From Eledone cirrhosa (Eukaryota): a stretch of 64,000 nt of DNA. Under the pieces are notes generated by a model, which saw nothing but the letters and a program-made list of their open reading frames with translations, was not told the DNA's origin and made no database searches. This document shows, one piece after another, positions 25,060 through 37,788 of this stretch. The DNA lies in NCBI GenBank assembly GCA_964016885.1, contig OZ024764.1, positions 28,954,001-29,018,000 on the forward strand, in the 5' to 3' direction. A program made the translations under genes and the position numbers. The first letter of the stretch is position 1. Every line of letters begins with the position of its first letter.

Positions 25060-25440
25060 CAGTGACACCTGCTGCAACAGGCATCCAACCTCGTGGGACT
25101 CCATCCTCAGACGGGCCACAGACACTGCGATGTTGCGGAGGAGCTCGGCTGTAATGGGTCCAAGTTGGCCCGGGGTCTCGACGGCGGCTGGTGCTTAGAA
25201 GAGGCTCCAGGACAAACACCGGAATTTGTTTATTTTATGTTCATCTGCGAGACGGGCAGCGATGCTGGGGTTTGTGGATCTACCTCCTTCGAATGGGAAG
25301 AGGGTGATTCCCTCGCGGTGCTTGCCATCTCCGCGGCCTAGGCCTGCTGGCTCCAGTTGAGATGGAAATTCAGCTGCGTCCAGGCTTCTTCTCACTATGT
25401 CGTTGAGAGCATTTATGTGGCTCACACACGCGGAGGCCAA
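25060..25440 (-). pseudogene. CRE-like retrotransposon fragment (paralogue)
   Basis: Near-identical to 9885-10265. Confidence 0.7.
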
Positions 25441-27410
25441 GGCGTTGGGCTACTCCGATGCGAGTTCAATCATCATCAAGAATTTATTTGAATTGAAAGG
25501 TCACTAAACTAATATAGGAGTGTCATTTAAAAATAAGGTAAACAGAAATAGTTACACCGGTAACATAATTACTGTTACACCGGTAGTTCACTAACAATTC
25601 ATTTCACGTTCCTCTCTAACAGGTAATGTTTTAATTTGCTCTCCATGTTGGGGAGTAACTGTAGTTTGGCTTGCTAGGGGGTCATACATCTTCATACACA
25701 CATACTATATATATATATACAAAGGAAAGGAAGATAAACAAATATCAGAGGATTTGACCGGCTTCTTCCTCTTGGCACCTGTAGCCACCATGACGTATAA
25801 GTATAAATACATATCTATCTATCTATATATATATCATCATTTTCATTTTACGTCTGCTTTTCCCTGTTTGCAAGGGTGGGGCATATATATATATATCATC
25901 ATCATTATACATCCACTTTTCCCCGCTTGGCAGCACCTACGAGAAGTTTGTTTTGATCATCGCTGCATCGTAGCTTTGTTTAAATAAAGGGTTTCTACTT
26001 TATATTACAGTAATAATACTTTCAGAATACTCGGATTGTTTTTATATTAAAGGGGAACATAAACATATTTTAGAGGAGGGGTGTGGAACAGAAAAGTTTG
26101 GCGACCACTGATACACACACACATTTATTTACTATATATATAATATATACATATATATGTCTGTGTGTGTATACTATATATATATATATATGTACAGGGA
26201 GGTCGAAGCATTTCAGAATTTTTCTAGGCGGCGGGGGGGGGGTGCAAATCCCCCTCTTTATATCAATTAGCACACACTCTCTCCCTCTCTATATCTACTA
26301 CACGGCACTCTCTTCCAATACCCCTCTCTATATGAAGTAACACCAAACTCTCCCCCTCTCTATATATTAAGCACTAAGTCAGGAATTTTTTTCTTCTTTC
26401 GTGCAGAGAGAGTAAAGTTGATTAAATCTACTGCAGTGAATTACTGGTATTTTATTTAATAAAAATTAAAATTTACTACTTGTCTTCGTTTAATTTTCGT
26501 TTTTCTTTACATAGTTTCGTTTCGTTAAATGTCTCCAGAATTTGTTTTTACTTTTACCGGATATTGAAGGTGTAAACTTGGTGTTGTCTAGAAACGTGTT
26601 AGAAATATTTTTCTTTTAATTGTGAAGAATTTAACCGCAAATTAAGTTTTTTTTACTGTTTATTTGTGGCTGGGACAACGTATGGTATGTGTTAATGTAA
26701 ATGGTGAAGGTTTAAAGATTCTTTTTACAACTGAAAATCAGTTTGTTGTTTCTGCTAATTACTTAACGCATGGAATAGATTAAAAAAATACAGGATTGTT
26801 TCTCGGAAGAGAGAAAGAAGGAACAAAACAAATCACAGAAGCGGGTAGCACACACATTTGGGACCACATACAACACAAAAACAGGTAATGCACACATCTG
26901 GGACCACATACAACACACCAGCAGGTAATACATATATCTAGGACCACATAAGCAGGTAATACACACATCTAGGACCACATACAACACACAAGCAGGTAAT
27001 ACACACATCTAGGACGACATACAACCAAAGGCAGGCGAAAGGGGTGGACAAACGAGCTGCTACTAGAGCAAAAGATAACAGTATCGCGAGGAGCACTGGG
27101 AAACCTCTCTAATGATTTTTTAGGCAAGCCAGCACGTCTGCAGCGTTACCTCGGGTGATGGCGAGGCTGAGGAGCTGGAACAACCAAGTGCCCTCACGAG
27201 CTTCACCAGTCACCTTCGTCAGGCTAGCCGCCAGTGAAGATAGGAATCTCGCAGTCAGTATCCCGACGCCCCCAAACGCCTCAGGCTGGAAAATGTAGTT
27301 GGCCGACAGATCACAGTATTACTTAACTGTGATAGATATTCTGTCTAAAGGAGGGGCGTGCAACAGGCGGCCCGCGGGCCACAATCGAGCCCACCTTAAT
27401 ACTTCTGTTA

Positions 27411-27887
27411 GTTGACCTATACTAAAGGACTTCACTGATAGGGTTATATGTGTTATAATTTCCCAGTTGACCTATACTAAAGGACTTCACTGATAGGGTT
27501 ATATGTGTTATAGTTTCCCAGTTGACCTATACTAAAGGACTTCACTGATAGGGTTATATGTGTTATAGTTTCCCAGTTGACCTATACTAAAGGGCTTCAC
27601 TGATAGAGTTATATGTGTTATAGTTTCCCAGAGGGCTTCACTGATAGGGTTATATGTGTTATAGTTTCCCAGTTGACCTATACTAAAGGACTTCACTGAT
27701 AGGGTTATATGTGTTATAGTTTCCCAGTTGACCTATACTAAAGGACTTCACTGATAGGGTTATATGTGTTATCGTTTCCCAGTTGACCTATACTAAAGGA
27801 CTTCACTGATAGGGTTATATGTGTTATAGTTTCCTAGTTGACCTATACTAAAGGGCTTCACTGATAGAGTTATATGTGTTATAGTTT
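27411..27887 (+). repeat. 55-bp minisatellite, ~9 units
   Basis: Same unit as 12289-12600, higher copy number. Confidence 0.95.
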
Positions 27888-28127
27888 GAAACAAACTACC
27901 TGCATCAGTTATTATACTTTTATAACACCGCTATATTACCTACATGAAAGAGGTAAATATTTATTTCTCTTGTCTTCTTAAATGTATAGAACATTTTTCT
28001 TATATATATTCTTAACATAGCTAGGACCGTTTATTATTTACTAGTCTCTACTCCTAGGACTTTGCTGGTCTCATGTCCCCTCCATCAACACACACTCGGT
28101 AGAAAGCTGGTCGTCGGAGGTAAAGTG

Positions 28128-28265
28128 GCCCTGATTACAGGTCTAGTATTGAAGCCTTTCGGCTTGAGCCTTGCTGATGCCGACAGAGTTCCTGTGGTAG
28201 TTTTGGTAGCACAGGTGACATTTTATTGTGTTTAGGTACCGGCTAGTGCGGACACAGAGAGCACA
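28128..28265 (-). pseudogene. Degenerate PHD finger, in a single frame in this copy
   Basis: 46 codons CALC-X11-CHLC-X4-H-X2-S(TCT)-X13-*(TAG)-T-C-X2-G(GGC): C4HC3 spacing with three single-base losses. Confidence 0.72.
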
Positions 28266-28458
28266 ACCAGGTGGTGAGCTGGCAACGACCAAGTGTAGAG
28301 GGCCAGCTTTGAAATTCGAGCGACGGAGTGAACTAGTAAAAGAGGCAGGGTAAGCAGCATTGGTTCTAACGGTGGGACTAGAACGGAGGTTGGGTGGTGC
28401 TGGGGTGGGCTAACAGCTAACAGTTGTAGGAGTGGTGGGGGTTTGCTAGGATTAATTT

Positions 28459-30813
28459 TTACATCTGTCTGTGAACTCTTGAAAAAGCAACATACAATTG
28501 TCCAGGGTTAAATACTTGCTCAGGGAGGAACAGACCCACTTTATCATGTATTTGACCATGGTTCTTGTTGATTGTCATGGCATATGACAGTCTTAATGGA
28601 AACTGGGGTCTTTCCAAAGTAAAAGGGATGTTGGCACCACTGGGGGATAACTTCAGTCTTGGGATCAAAACACACCTGCCCATCAAAGGACCATAGATAT
28701 GAGAAGCTTTGATAAAATGTTTATGCAGTTCTACTACTTCTAATCTTGTGCCATTACATAATCTGTTCTGGATTGAAATATTCCATAGAAGCATTATTAT
28801 TGATCCTGCTTATAATTGGAGTTTGTGAGGCGGCATCCCAGAAGGTGTAAGCAAGTTCATTTAGCTTGAACCAGGCAGCAAGGGTCCCTGCATTTCTACC
28901 ACAACCTGAGCATTGCCTCTTTGAAAGTAAACTCTGTTTGTTCTCCAGGTGTGTGACTAGGCTGTATACTGTATGTGATGTACCATGAAGCTTAAATTCC
29001 GAGAGACACGACACTGCTTCTGGCTGAGACACATACCTGCAACAAAGATAGGTTCTTATTTCATCATGGTTGTGTTGGTTCTGAGCCTCATTAGGTAATG
29101 CATTATTCGTTACTTCTATAGATGTACAATCATGCCCCATGTAACATATTTAAAGAGGTACTTGACACTTTTTACAGAAGCGCAAACTTCAACATTAATA
29201 TGTGCACAATATTTCTTAATCAAAAAGGCATTAAATGGCACAACATTCCTGTTATCTACTGAATGTCATCCAATTTACACTGCAGTTCCTGTCTTGCACC
29301 TCCTGTACTCTGGGTATCCATTTAGGTTCAATAATGTTTCCCTTCTGTAGGTTTTTGGATAGTTCTTTTGGAAAAATCCATTTTGTATAAATGGGGGAAA
29401 AGGGTTTCCAGAACCACATGGCCTGTGGATCATAAACTTTTAAACCTGCTCATGTAGTACTGGATCATCTTCCAATGCAGGTATTTCTGCTGACACGATT
29501 CTGTCAATGTCTTCTCTGTTTCTTATCTTGTCTTCATTTTTTAAGGCTCAGTGTTATCATCTGTTTAGATAATTCATTAAACCATTATACTCATCCACTC
29601 ACAATTGGGCTTGATTGTTCCTCAAATATAGAAGCCTGCATCCCTCTACTTTCATATAGGCATCCACTAAATACTGCTAAAATAATTTACCTGCCCTATA
29701 TATCACACTAAATCCTCCTCTATATGCTATACTGTATATGTAATACTCCTGCATTGTCAGTCTATTGCAAACACAGGTCCTGCATTCCTCTCCATGTCAC
29801 TATGCCACCAAAATTCACCATTATGGGTCAGTCATGAGGTCCAAGTGGCATGAATTATGTGATATTTTCTGAGGAGGATGGTCTTTAGGAAAGATGATAA
29901 TATCTCTTTGTACAGGTGGTCTGCCCTCAAACCCCACAAAACAACAGCTATCATTACTAGTTGGTAAATTATAGCAGCTCATATCTGATCCTCTTCTAAA
30001 TCTTAATTCACAGTTCTGTACACGACAATTTTCTCTTCTTGCACTTTGCTGTTTGATGCCATGCATTGTATTGTACACTTCGACATATGGATAACATTCA
30101 TGCAACACCTCTCTTATCATAGCCATTTTTTGTGGTGAGCAGTCATTATTTGTTGGTACTAGGGCGGTGGATTGGCAGTATCGGTAGAGCGTCAGACACC
30201 ATGCTTTGCAGCATAGGGTTATGGCCCTTTACGTTCTGGGTTCAAATCCCTCCAAGGTTGACTTTGTTTTCATCCTTATGAGGTCGATAGAATAAAGTAC
30301 CAGTAATTGCTGGCCTTGTGCCAGAAACAATTATTTGGTCGTACTTCCAATCTGTGCTACACACTTTCATTCCCATCAATAATATATAACTGGCCATATT
30401 GTGGTGTATTTTCTGCAGGTTACAGAGATGGGGGTGTATTGATATGTTTGACCCTGAATATGAAAGCTATACGGGCCTCTGCCGGGTGGTAACACCAAAT
30501 GAAGTGAAATAAATGTAGTTTTAATTGCAGATGTTTCTGTGAAATCAACTGCTTCCTGGCCTCTTTCAAAGAGATTTCTCAGTCTCTCGGGGTATATTTG
30601 CAATGGAGGCAACACAACCTTTCCTTTATTACAACAGTTACAATTTTCATTTCTAAATTTCAAAGCTTCACAGTGATCACACGAAACATTCATATCACTA
30701 ATATGAAATTCTTCTAGATTTCCATTAATATTAATTGTTGGCCAATTTCTCTTATGACGCTCATTATCCATTCTTCTCTGTCTGAATGTTTTCCATTCTA
30801 AATCTATTTGCAT
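28459..30813 (-). pseudogene. Helitron RepHel pseudogene copy B (not interrupted by satellite; SINE at 30161-30329)
   Basis: N-terminal Cys motif, YNLPTSND..RDIII, Rep motif 3 and Pif1 C-terminal motifs in order. Confidence 0.93.
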
Positions 30814-30917
30814 GGAATAATTATATTCTGTTGTTTATTATGTAATTAAATAGCTCTGTACAATACATAGAGCATTCTTCTTTTCTTTACCTTTTCTATA
30901 GAAATACAAGAACAAAC

Positions 30918-30949
<32 letters not shown>

Positions 30950-31046
30950 GTGTGTATATACATAAACAAGACTGTTATTACTCCAACCAGTCTATTTACC
31001 TTTGATAACTATCCTAAATATAAATACACCTATACCGTACATACGT

Positions 31047-31380
31047 CCATACATGCTAGAAATAGCAGTCAAATACACCAAACAAACTGCACAGCCGCAA
31101 AATTTTTGCCTCGATTTTTGCGATTAAGTCAGACAAGAGTTATCTTTCTTGGCAAATTGTTAAAAAACTTTTGCCTGATTTTAAGCCAAAGTTTTTTAAT
31201 GGCTGCCACTTCCGGTTTTTGTTGTGCGTCTACAGGACTGCAGTAAACCTGCTAGAAATAGCAGTCATAGCAACACACTCACATATATTTATTTATGAGG
31301 GATTCTCAACGTGGGGTGCACGCCCCACAGGGGATAATTTGAATATAATAGGGGTCAATTTGAAAGTCATATAATACGAC
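31047..31380 (+). repeat. Isolated right arm of the long inverted repeat (U1 type)
   Basis: Matches 8966-9300; left arm lost. Confidence 0.85.
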
Positions 31381-31624
31381 CAAGCTTCCAGATACACTTC
31401 GTATACACATGTTATTTGAAGTTTGTTTTGATCATCGCTGCCACGCAGCTTTGTTTAAATAAAGGGTTTCTACTTTATATTACAGTAATAAAGTTTTACT
31501 TCGTCTACACATGTTATCGTGTATCCGGCAGCACCTATGGGCTGTTTGTTTACACTTTGGTGTTTATTTTGATCATCGCCTCATCGCAGGTTTGTTTAAT
31601 TAAAGGTTGCGAGGGGGATCACTG

Positions 31625-31669
<45 letters not shown>

Positions 31670-31753
31670 ACGAAAAGACACACACATATATATACATACA
31701 CGCAGACATACACCTGTGTGTATGTGTATGTGCGTGTGTGCGTGTCTTTGGCT

Positions 31754-31838
<85 letters not shown>

Positions 31839-31959
31839 GTGTATATATATACAGACACACACTGTTGTTTCTTGATTTTTAGCTGCTGTTTCTAAAGTGT
31901 CTATTAATATATGCTAGAAATAGCAGTCAAGGGAACATTTACGTATATATATGTAAGGA

Positions 31960-32340
31960 CAGTGACACCTGCTGCAACAGGCATCCAACCTCGTGGGACT
32001 CCATCCTCAGACGGGCCACAGACACTGCGATGTTGCGGAGGAGCTCGGCTGTAATGGGTCCAAGTTGGCCCGGGGTCTCGACGGCGGCTGGTGCTTAGAA
32101 GAGGCTCCAGGACAAACACCGGAATTTGTTTATTTTATGTTCATCTGCGAGACGGGCAGCGATGCTGGGGTTTGTGGATCTACCTCCTTCGAATGGAAAG
32201 AGGGTGATTCCCTCGGGGTGCTTGCCATCTCCGCGGCCTAGGCCTGCTGGCTCCAGTTGAGATGGAAATTCAGCTGCGTCCAGGCTTCTTCTCACTATGT
32301 CGTTGAGAGCATTTATGTGGCTCACACACGCGGAGGCCAA
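31960..32340 (-). pseudogene. CRE-like retrotransposon fragment (third copy)
   Basis: EPAGLGRGDGKHPEGITLFPF. Confidence 0.7.
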
Positions 32341-32920
32341 GGCGTTGGGCTACTCCGATGCGAGTTCAATCATCATCAAGAATTTATTTGAATTGAAAGG
32401 TCACTAAACTAATATAGGAGTGTGATTTAAAAATAAGGTAAACAGAAATAGTTACACCGGTAACATAATTACTGTTACACCGGTAGTTCACTAACAAATC
32501 ATTTCACGTTTGTCTCTAACAGGTAATGTTTTAATTTGCTATCCATGTTGGGGAGTAACTGTAGTTTGGCTTGCTAGGGGTCATACATCTTCATACACAC
32601 ACACACATACTATATATATATACATATATATAATTATATGTAAAGTCAGCTCCGTATTTAGGACAAATGAAGCATGTTCTAGTTATGAGGCCCCTTTCTT
32701 TGGCTCAGTAGGATGTAGGCTTGTTAAAATAATTCTTTTGGTAGGAAGATGGGCCCTCCTGTGTAGATTCCTTCCTTAATATTTCAGATAGGAGGGACCG
32801 TTTCTGTCTTCCTTTAGTTGTTCATTCCTTATTTTCAGTAATGTCCTTTCCGACCATAATTATGTCGGCGATGTAAGCATAAGTCTAATTTATTCTTTAA
32901 TGAAGGGTAGATCCTTCGAT

Positions 32921-33145
32921 AGTGGAGGCCCGTGGTCTTACGATCATATGTGTATTCGATTCCTTACCGTGTTGTTAGTTGTTTTACTTGAGCAAAAACT
33001 TAATTTCACATAGGTGGGGGGTTAACCCTGCGATGGACTGACATCATGTCCAGGGGGAAGTCATGTACTCTCAGTCCCTTTACGCTAGAGGAACTGGGAC
33101 AGGCACCTGCTTGATAAGTCTCCAGGCTTGAGCTGACTTTACACT
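32921..33145 (+). mobile_element. Diverged tRNA-derived SINE with V-SINE-like core
   Basis: GGGGTTAACCCTGCGATGGACTGACATCATGTCCAGGGGG core; TTCGATTCC B-box remnant; GACTTTAC tail. Confidence 0.55.
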
Positions 33146-33488
33146 TTGGAAATCCTTAGATATTCTTCTTGGTGATATATTTGTTAGCTTTGACTTTAAT
33201 TCATCTGTTTACACCACTAATAATTCATAGATAGAAAAACGTTTGTGGCTTTAGTACACCTTTAGGCTTTAATTTCAATTACTGACTATGTCTAACGAAG
33301 TAATAACTGGAGCGACTAAACCAGGGTTTCCTAACCTGGTGATATCAACCACCGGTGGCCGATTTCAACTTGGTCGCTTCGGCCACAAACCCGGGTACCG
33401 CGGCCCACGAAGGAAAGGAAGATAAACAAATATCAGAGGATTGTCCGGCTTCTTCCTCTTGGCACCTGTAGCCACCATGACGTATAAG

Positions 33489-33531
<43 letters not shown>

Positions 33532-33611
33532 CTATCTATCTATCTATATATATATCATCATTTTCATTTTACGTCTGCTTTTCCCTGTTTGCAAGGGTGG
33601 GACATATATAT

Positions 33612-35790
33612 ATATCATCATCATTATACATCCACTTTTCCCTGCTTATAAGGGTGGGACAGATCCTCTTCAGCGCAGCATCTCTCCTTCATCATCTCCT
33701 CTGAGCTTCAACGATCTGAGGTCAGCTCTCACTACCTCTGCCCATATCTTCCTTGGTCTTCCTCTACTGCATATTCCTCCCACTGGGATTACTTGGCACT
33801 TCTTCACCCTGCGGTAATCCTGCATACGCATCGCATGGCCATACCAACGCAGTCTTTTCTCCCGCACACTGCAGTTTATCCTTCTTATAGAGTTTCACTC
33901 TCAACTCGTCCATGCTTGGTCTTTCACGCACATTGACATTGCACATCCAATGGAGCATGCTTGCTTCATTTCTCTTCAGCCTTCGCATATCCTCTGCAGT
34001 TGCTACCCATGTCTCACTACCATGCAACATTGTGCATCTCACACAGGCATCAAACAACCAACCTTTTGTATGCAGGGAGAAACCCTCTTTGTCACCAGAG
34101 GAGGCAGCTCCCTAAACTTCTTCCAGCCCGTCCTTATTCTAGATACTATGGCCTCGGAACACCCCCCCCCCTCCCATACTAATCTGATCACCTAGGTACT
34201 GAAGCTATCAACCACTTTTATAGAACCAACTTGCATTTGAAAAATGTGTCTATCAATGCGACTTCTACTGTCAAATTTCCCTGTACATCTACTGCAAACG
34301 TAGTTTTCCCTACCTGTTAGTTTGCCTACTATCCCACTACATCTCGTGTGTACCCAAGATCTGCATTGTGTACATTTTATAGAATGTATGCCAGTTCCTT
34401 TTCTGCATATCGAACATGGCCATCAGAGTTTTGTCCTTTTTTCTACTTATCAACACTTTTGTTTTAGCTGGGTTCACTCTCAGTCCTCTTAATTCCAACT
34501 GCTGTTTCCATAGCCAGAATTTATTCTCTAGCTCCTCTACTGATTCTGCTATAAAAACCAGATTGTCAGTATAGAGAAGTTCCCATGGGCAGCTAGTCTT
34601 AAACTCCTCTGTTATGGCTTGGAGGACTATAATGAAGAAGAGCGGGCTGAGGACCGAACTCTGATGGACTGCTCCTTGTATCTGGAATTCCTCACTAAAC
34701 TCCATTCCTACCCTCACTTTACAGACAGTACCTCTGTACAAAGCTTGTACTGTCCTCACAAGCCATTCCTCAACACCTAGTTTCCTTAGGGATCACCAGA
34801 TGACAGACTGGGGTACACTATCAAAGGCTTTCTCTAGGTCAACAAAAGCTAAGTATAATGGCTTATTCTTCTCTAAGAAGAGGGCATCGGTTGTACTTTT
34901 CCCAGGCACAAAACCAAACTGCATCTCATCTAGTTTGACTCTTTCTCTAATTAGTTGCTCTAATATCCTTTCTGCCACTTTCATAACTTGATCCATCAGT
35001 TTTCTGCCTCTATAATTGATCCTCTCCAGAGCATCCCCTTTACCTTTGTAGCAATTTATGAGAATACTGCTGCACCAGTCTTTGGGTATGACTCCGCCAT
35101 ATATAGCTTGATTGATTATGCTTGCAACCAGTTTAGTACCTACTTCTCCTCATGCCTTCAGCATCTCAGCAACTATCCCTGATGGTCCAGCTGCCTTACC
35201 ATTTTTCCTTTCTTTAATTGCCTCTTTGACCCTATAGTCAACAATCTCAATAGCTGGTCCCTCTGTTCGGTCAAATGTGGGTAGTTTCTCTCTCTCCCAT
35301 TCATTCTCTACATTCATCAGCCTCTCATAATGGCATTTCCAGGCCTCTTTTTTCTGATCATTATTGACACTGAGTACACCAGCATCATTCCGGACACATT
35401 TATCTCCAACAACATCCCGATTTACACTGACACACTGGCTTGCAATGCGGAACACCGCACGTCTTTGATCTTCCCGTCACAGAACATTGGCAACCCTCCT
35501 ATTCTCAGCCTCCCTGCGTGCTAAGTACACCTGACGTCTAGCTTCTTTCTTAGCGGCTGTGCATCGGTCTCTACTCCCACCATTTATCCAAGTGTTCCAT
35601 GCTAGTCTTTTGTCTCTAATGGCCTTATCTACCGTGTTGTCCCACCACCAGGTCACTCTCTGTCTGGTCGGAGCTCTGCTCCAGCCACAAGTGTCTTCAG
35701 CAGCCTGCAGTAAGTTGTCACATAAGAAATTCCAGTTATTATCTATGTCATACGATTCTAAAACGGCTTCTTTCTCGTCATACACATCTT
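33612..35790 (-). mobile_element. 5'-truncated, degenerate RTE-clade LINE (reverse transcriptase pseudogene)
   Basis: QFGFVPGKSTTDA, AFVDLEKAFDSVP, HQSSVLSPLFF, LLYTDNL (YADD), MLHGSETW, LRWYGH..GRPRKIW; (GAT)n tail. Confidence 0.92.
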
Positions 35791-35797
35791 GAAGGGC

Positions 35798-36013
35798 TTA
35801 ACCCCTTAGCATTAAAACCAGCTGTAACCGGCCAGAATTCTCTCACCTCTTTCTGTTCAAACCAGCCCTAATTAACCACTCATACTGATGTTAAAGTATT
35901 GTTCTGAAAATAAATAATATCGAAATCTCATAGATTCGATATTATGTGAGATAAAGCCGTTACTGTGAAAATACAATAGTATATATAGAGTAATGTGAAT
36001 GCTAAAGGGGTAA
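35798..36013. mobile_element. piggyBac-like MITE (~210 bp)
   Basis: TTAA-CCCCTTAGCATT ... AATGCTAAAGGG-GTAA termini. Confidence 0.7.
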
Positions 36014-36469
36014 GAGATTTAATATTCTTAAGATTTAGATGTTTAAACTAATTTTAGTAAATTAAATTTGTTGCTTGTTTAGTTTTTCTTGTATTCACTT
36101 CTTTAAAAACCACAGTGTTGCTACCACGGTTGTTATGGCTACCTCCCACCACTCCTCTCTCTATCAATGGAAGCAGACGACCAGGAAAAATATATTAAAA
36201 TATTATAAATAAATCGCTGATTTTATTTTATCTGTCTTTGTCTTGTTTATCTCATTCTGTTCTTTATAAACCCATTTATAACATTTTATAAGGTTTTCTC
36301 AACGTAAACATCGGCGATTTCCCCCTCTCTATATATCTTATACTCTCTCTCTCTCTCTCATATGATTAGAAAATGTTAAAAATAACAGCCAAATCTATCA
36401 ACCTCTTATTTCTCACCTTCTCTTTACATCTATCACTCTGTCAGAAGTAAAGAGAGATGAGAAATAAGA

Positions 36470-36662
36470 GATAGATAGAGGGTGAGAAATACAAAGAAGA
36501 AAGAATAAAAGAAGTAAAGATAGGGTGAGAAATATGAGGTAGATAGAGTAATAGAAATAAAGAGAGGGTGAGAAATACGAGGAAGAAAGTGTAATAGAAG
36601 AAAAGAGAGGGTGAGAAAGTAGAGGTAGATAGAGTAATAAAAGTAAAGAGAGGGTGAGAGAA
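36470..36662 (+). repeat. Purine-rich degenerate tandem repeat (AGGGTGAGAAA core)
   Basis: Core recurs about five times. Confidence 0.6.
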
Positions 36663-36824
36663 TTGAGTGTGTGACACATTCGTCTTTCTATCTCTCTCTA
36701 TTTCTCCTCCTTCCATGTATTATTGTCTCTTACTACTCATCGTAAAAGATGATCCCCGCGCCATCTTTCGAGTAAGCAATGAAACTCTAAAGAACCATGG
36801 GTGATAACTCTATTTGAAAAATTG

Positions 36825-37050
36825 AGGCGCCGGAAGGGTTCGAACCCATGTAACGTCATGATGCTAATGTTTGTAAGCCGAATCGCTAACCACCCATCTA
36901 CATAAGTAACTGTTCGTAGCGCCCTCTTTCACTAAACAGTGAAACTATATAAAAAGACTAGGAGATAACTCGTGTGGCACTATAGAGAAGAGTGTAAGAT
37001 TCGAACCATGTAACGTTACAGCCCTAAGGTTAGTAAGCGGAGCTACGGAT
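36825..37050 (-). mobile_element. Two degenerate tRNA-like SINE heads
   Basis: Reverse strand GGTGGTTAGCG...GGGTTCGAACCC, and a second GGTTCGAATC copy sharing CATGTAACGT. Confidence 0.4.
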
Positions 37051-37788
37051 TTAAAAGGAAAATCGCGTTTAAAATAAGCTTTATAAAGATAAACCAAATT
37101 TTATGTGACTCCATTTTGTTTGTTATTGTTTCTTTTACTGTTTTACTTATTTCTTATTTCTTATTAAATTACACTTAATTAATTCCATTAAATATTTATT
37201 CTTGCTCATATTAAATTACTGTATATTTATTCATGTCATTGTTGCAACTTTCATTTCTACATCTTTCATTTATACCGACTGTTACACCGGTCGTATAATT
37301 ACTTTTATAACACCGCTATATTACCTACATGAAAGAGGTAAATATTTATTTCTCTTGTCTTCTTAACATAGCTAGGACCGTTTATTATTTACTAGTCTCT
37401 ACTCCTAGGATTTTGCTGGTCTCATGTCCCTTCCATCAACACACAATCGGTAGAAAGCTGGTCGTCGGAGGTAAAGTGGCCCTGATTACAGGTCTAGTAT
37501 TGAAGCCTTTCGGCTTGAGCCTTGCTGATGCCGACAGAGTTCCTGTGGTAGTTTTGGTAGCACAGGTGACATTTTATTGTGTTTAGGTACCGGCTAGTGC
37601 GGACACAGAGAGCACGACCAAGTGTAGAGGGCCAGCTTTGAAATTCGAGCGAAGGAGTGAACTAGTAAAAGAGGCAGGGTAAGCAGCATTGGTTCTAACG
37701 GTGGGACTAGAATGGAGGTTGGGTGGTGCTGGGGGTGGTCTAACAGCTAACAGTTGTAGGAGTGGTGGGGGTTTGCTAGGATTAATTT

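Noticed and set aside
33612-35790. Active reverse transcriptase gene
   Set aside because: Multiple frameshifts and stops, YADD mutated to YTDN, endonuclease missing
36825-36895. Possible tRNA gene
   Set aside because: Only A/B-box remnants; no convincing cloverleaf or acceptor stem, so treated as a SINE head
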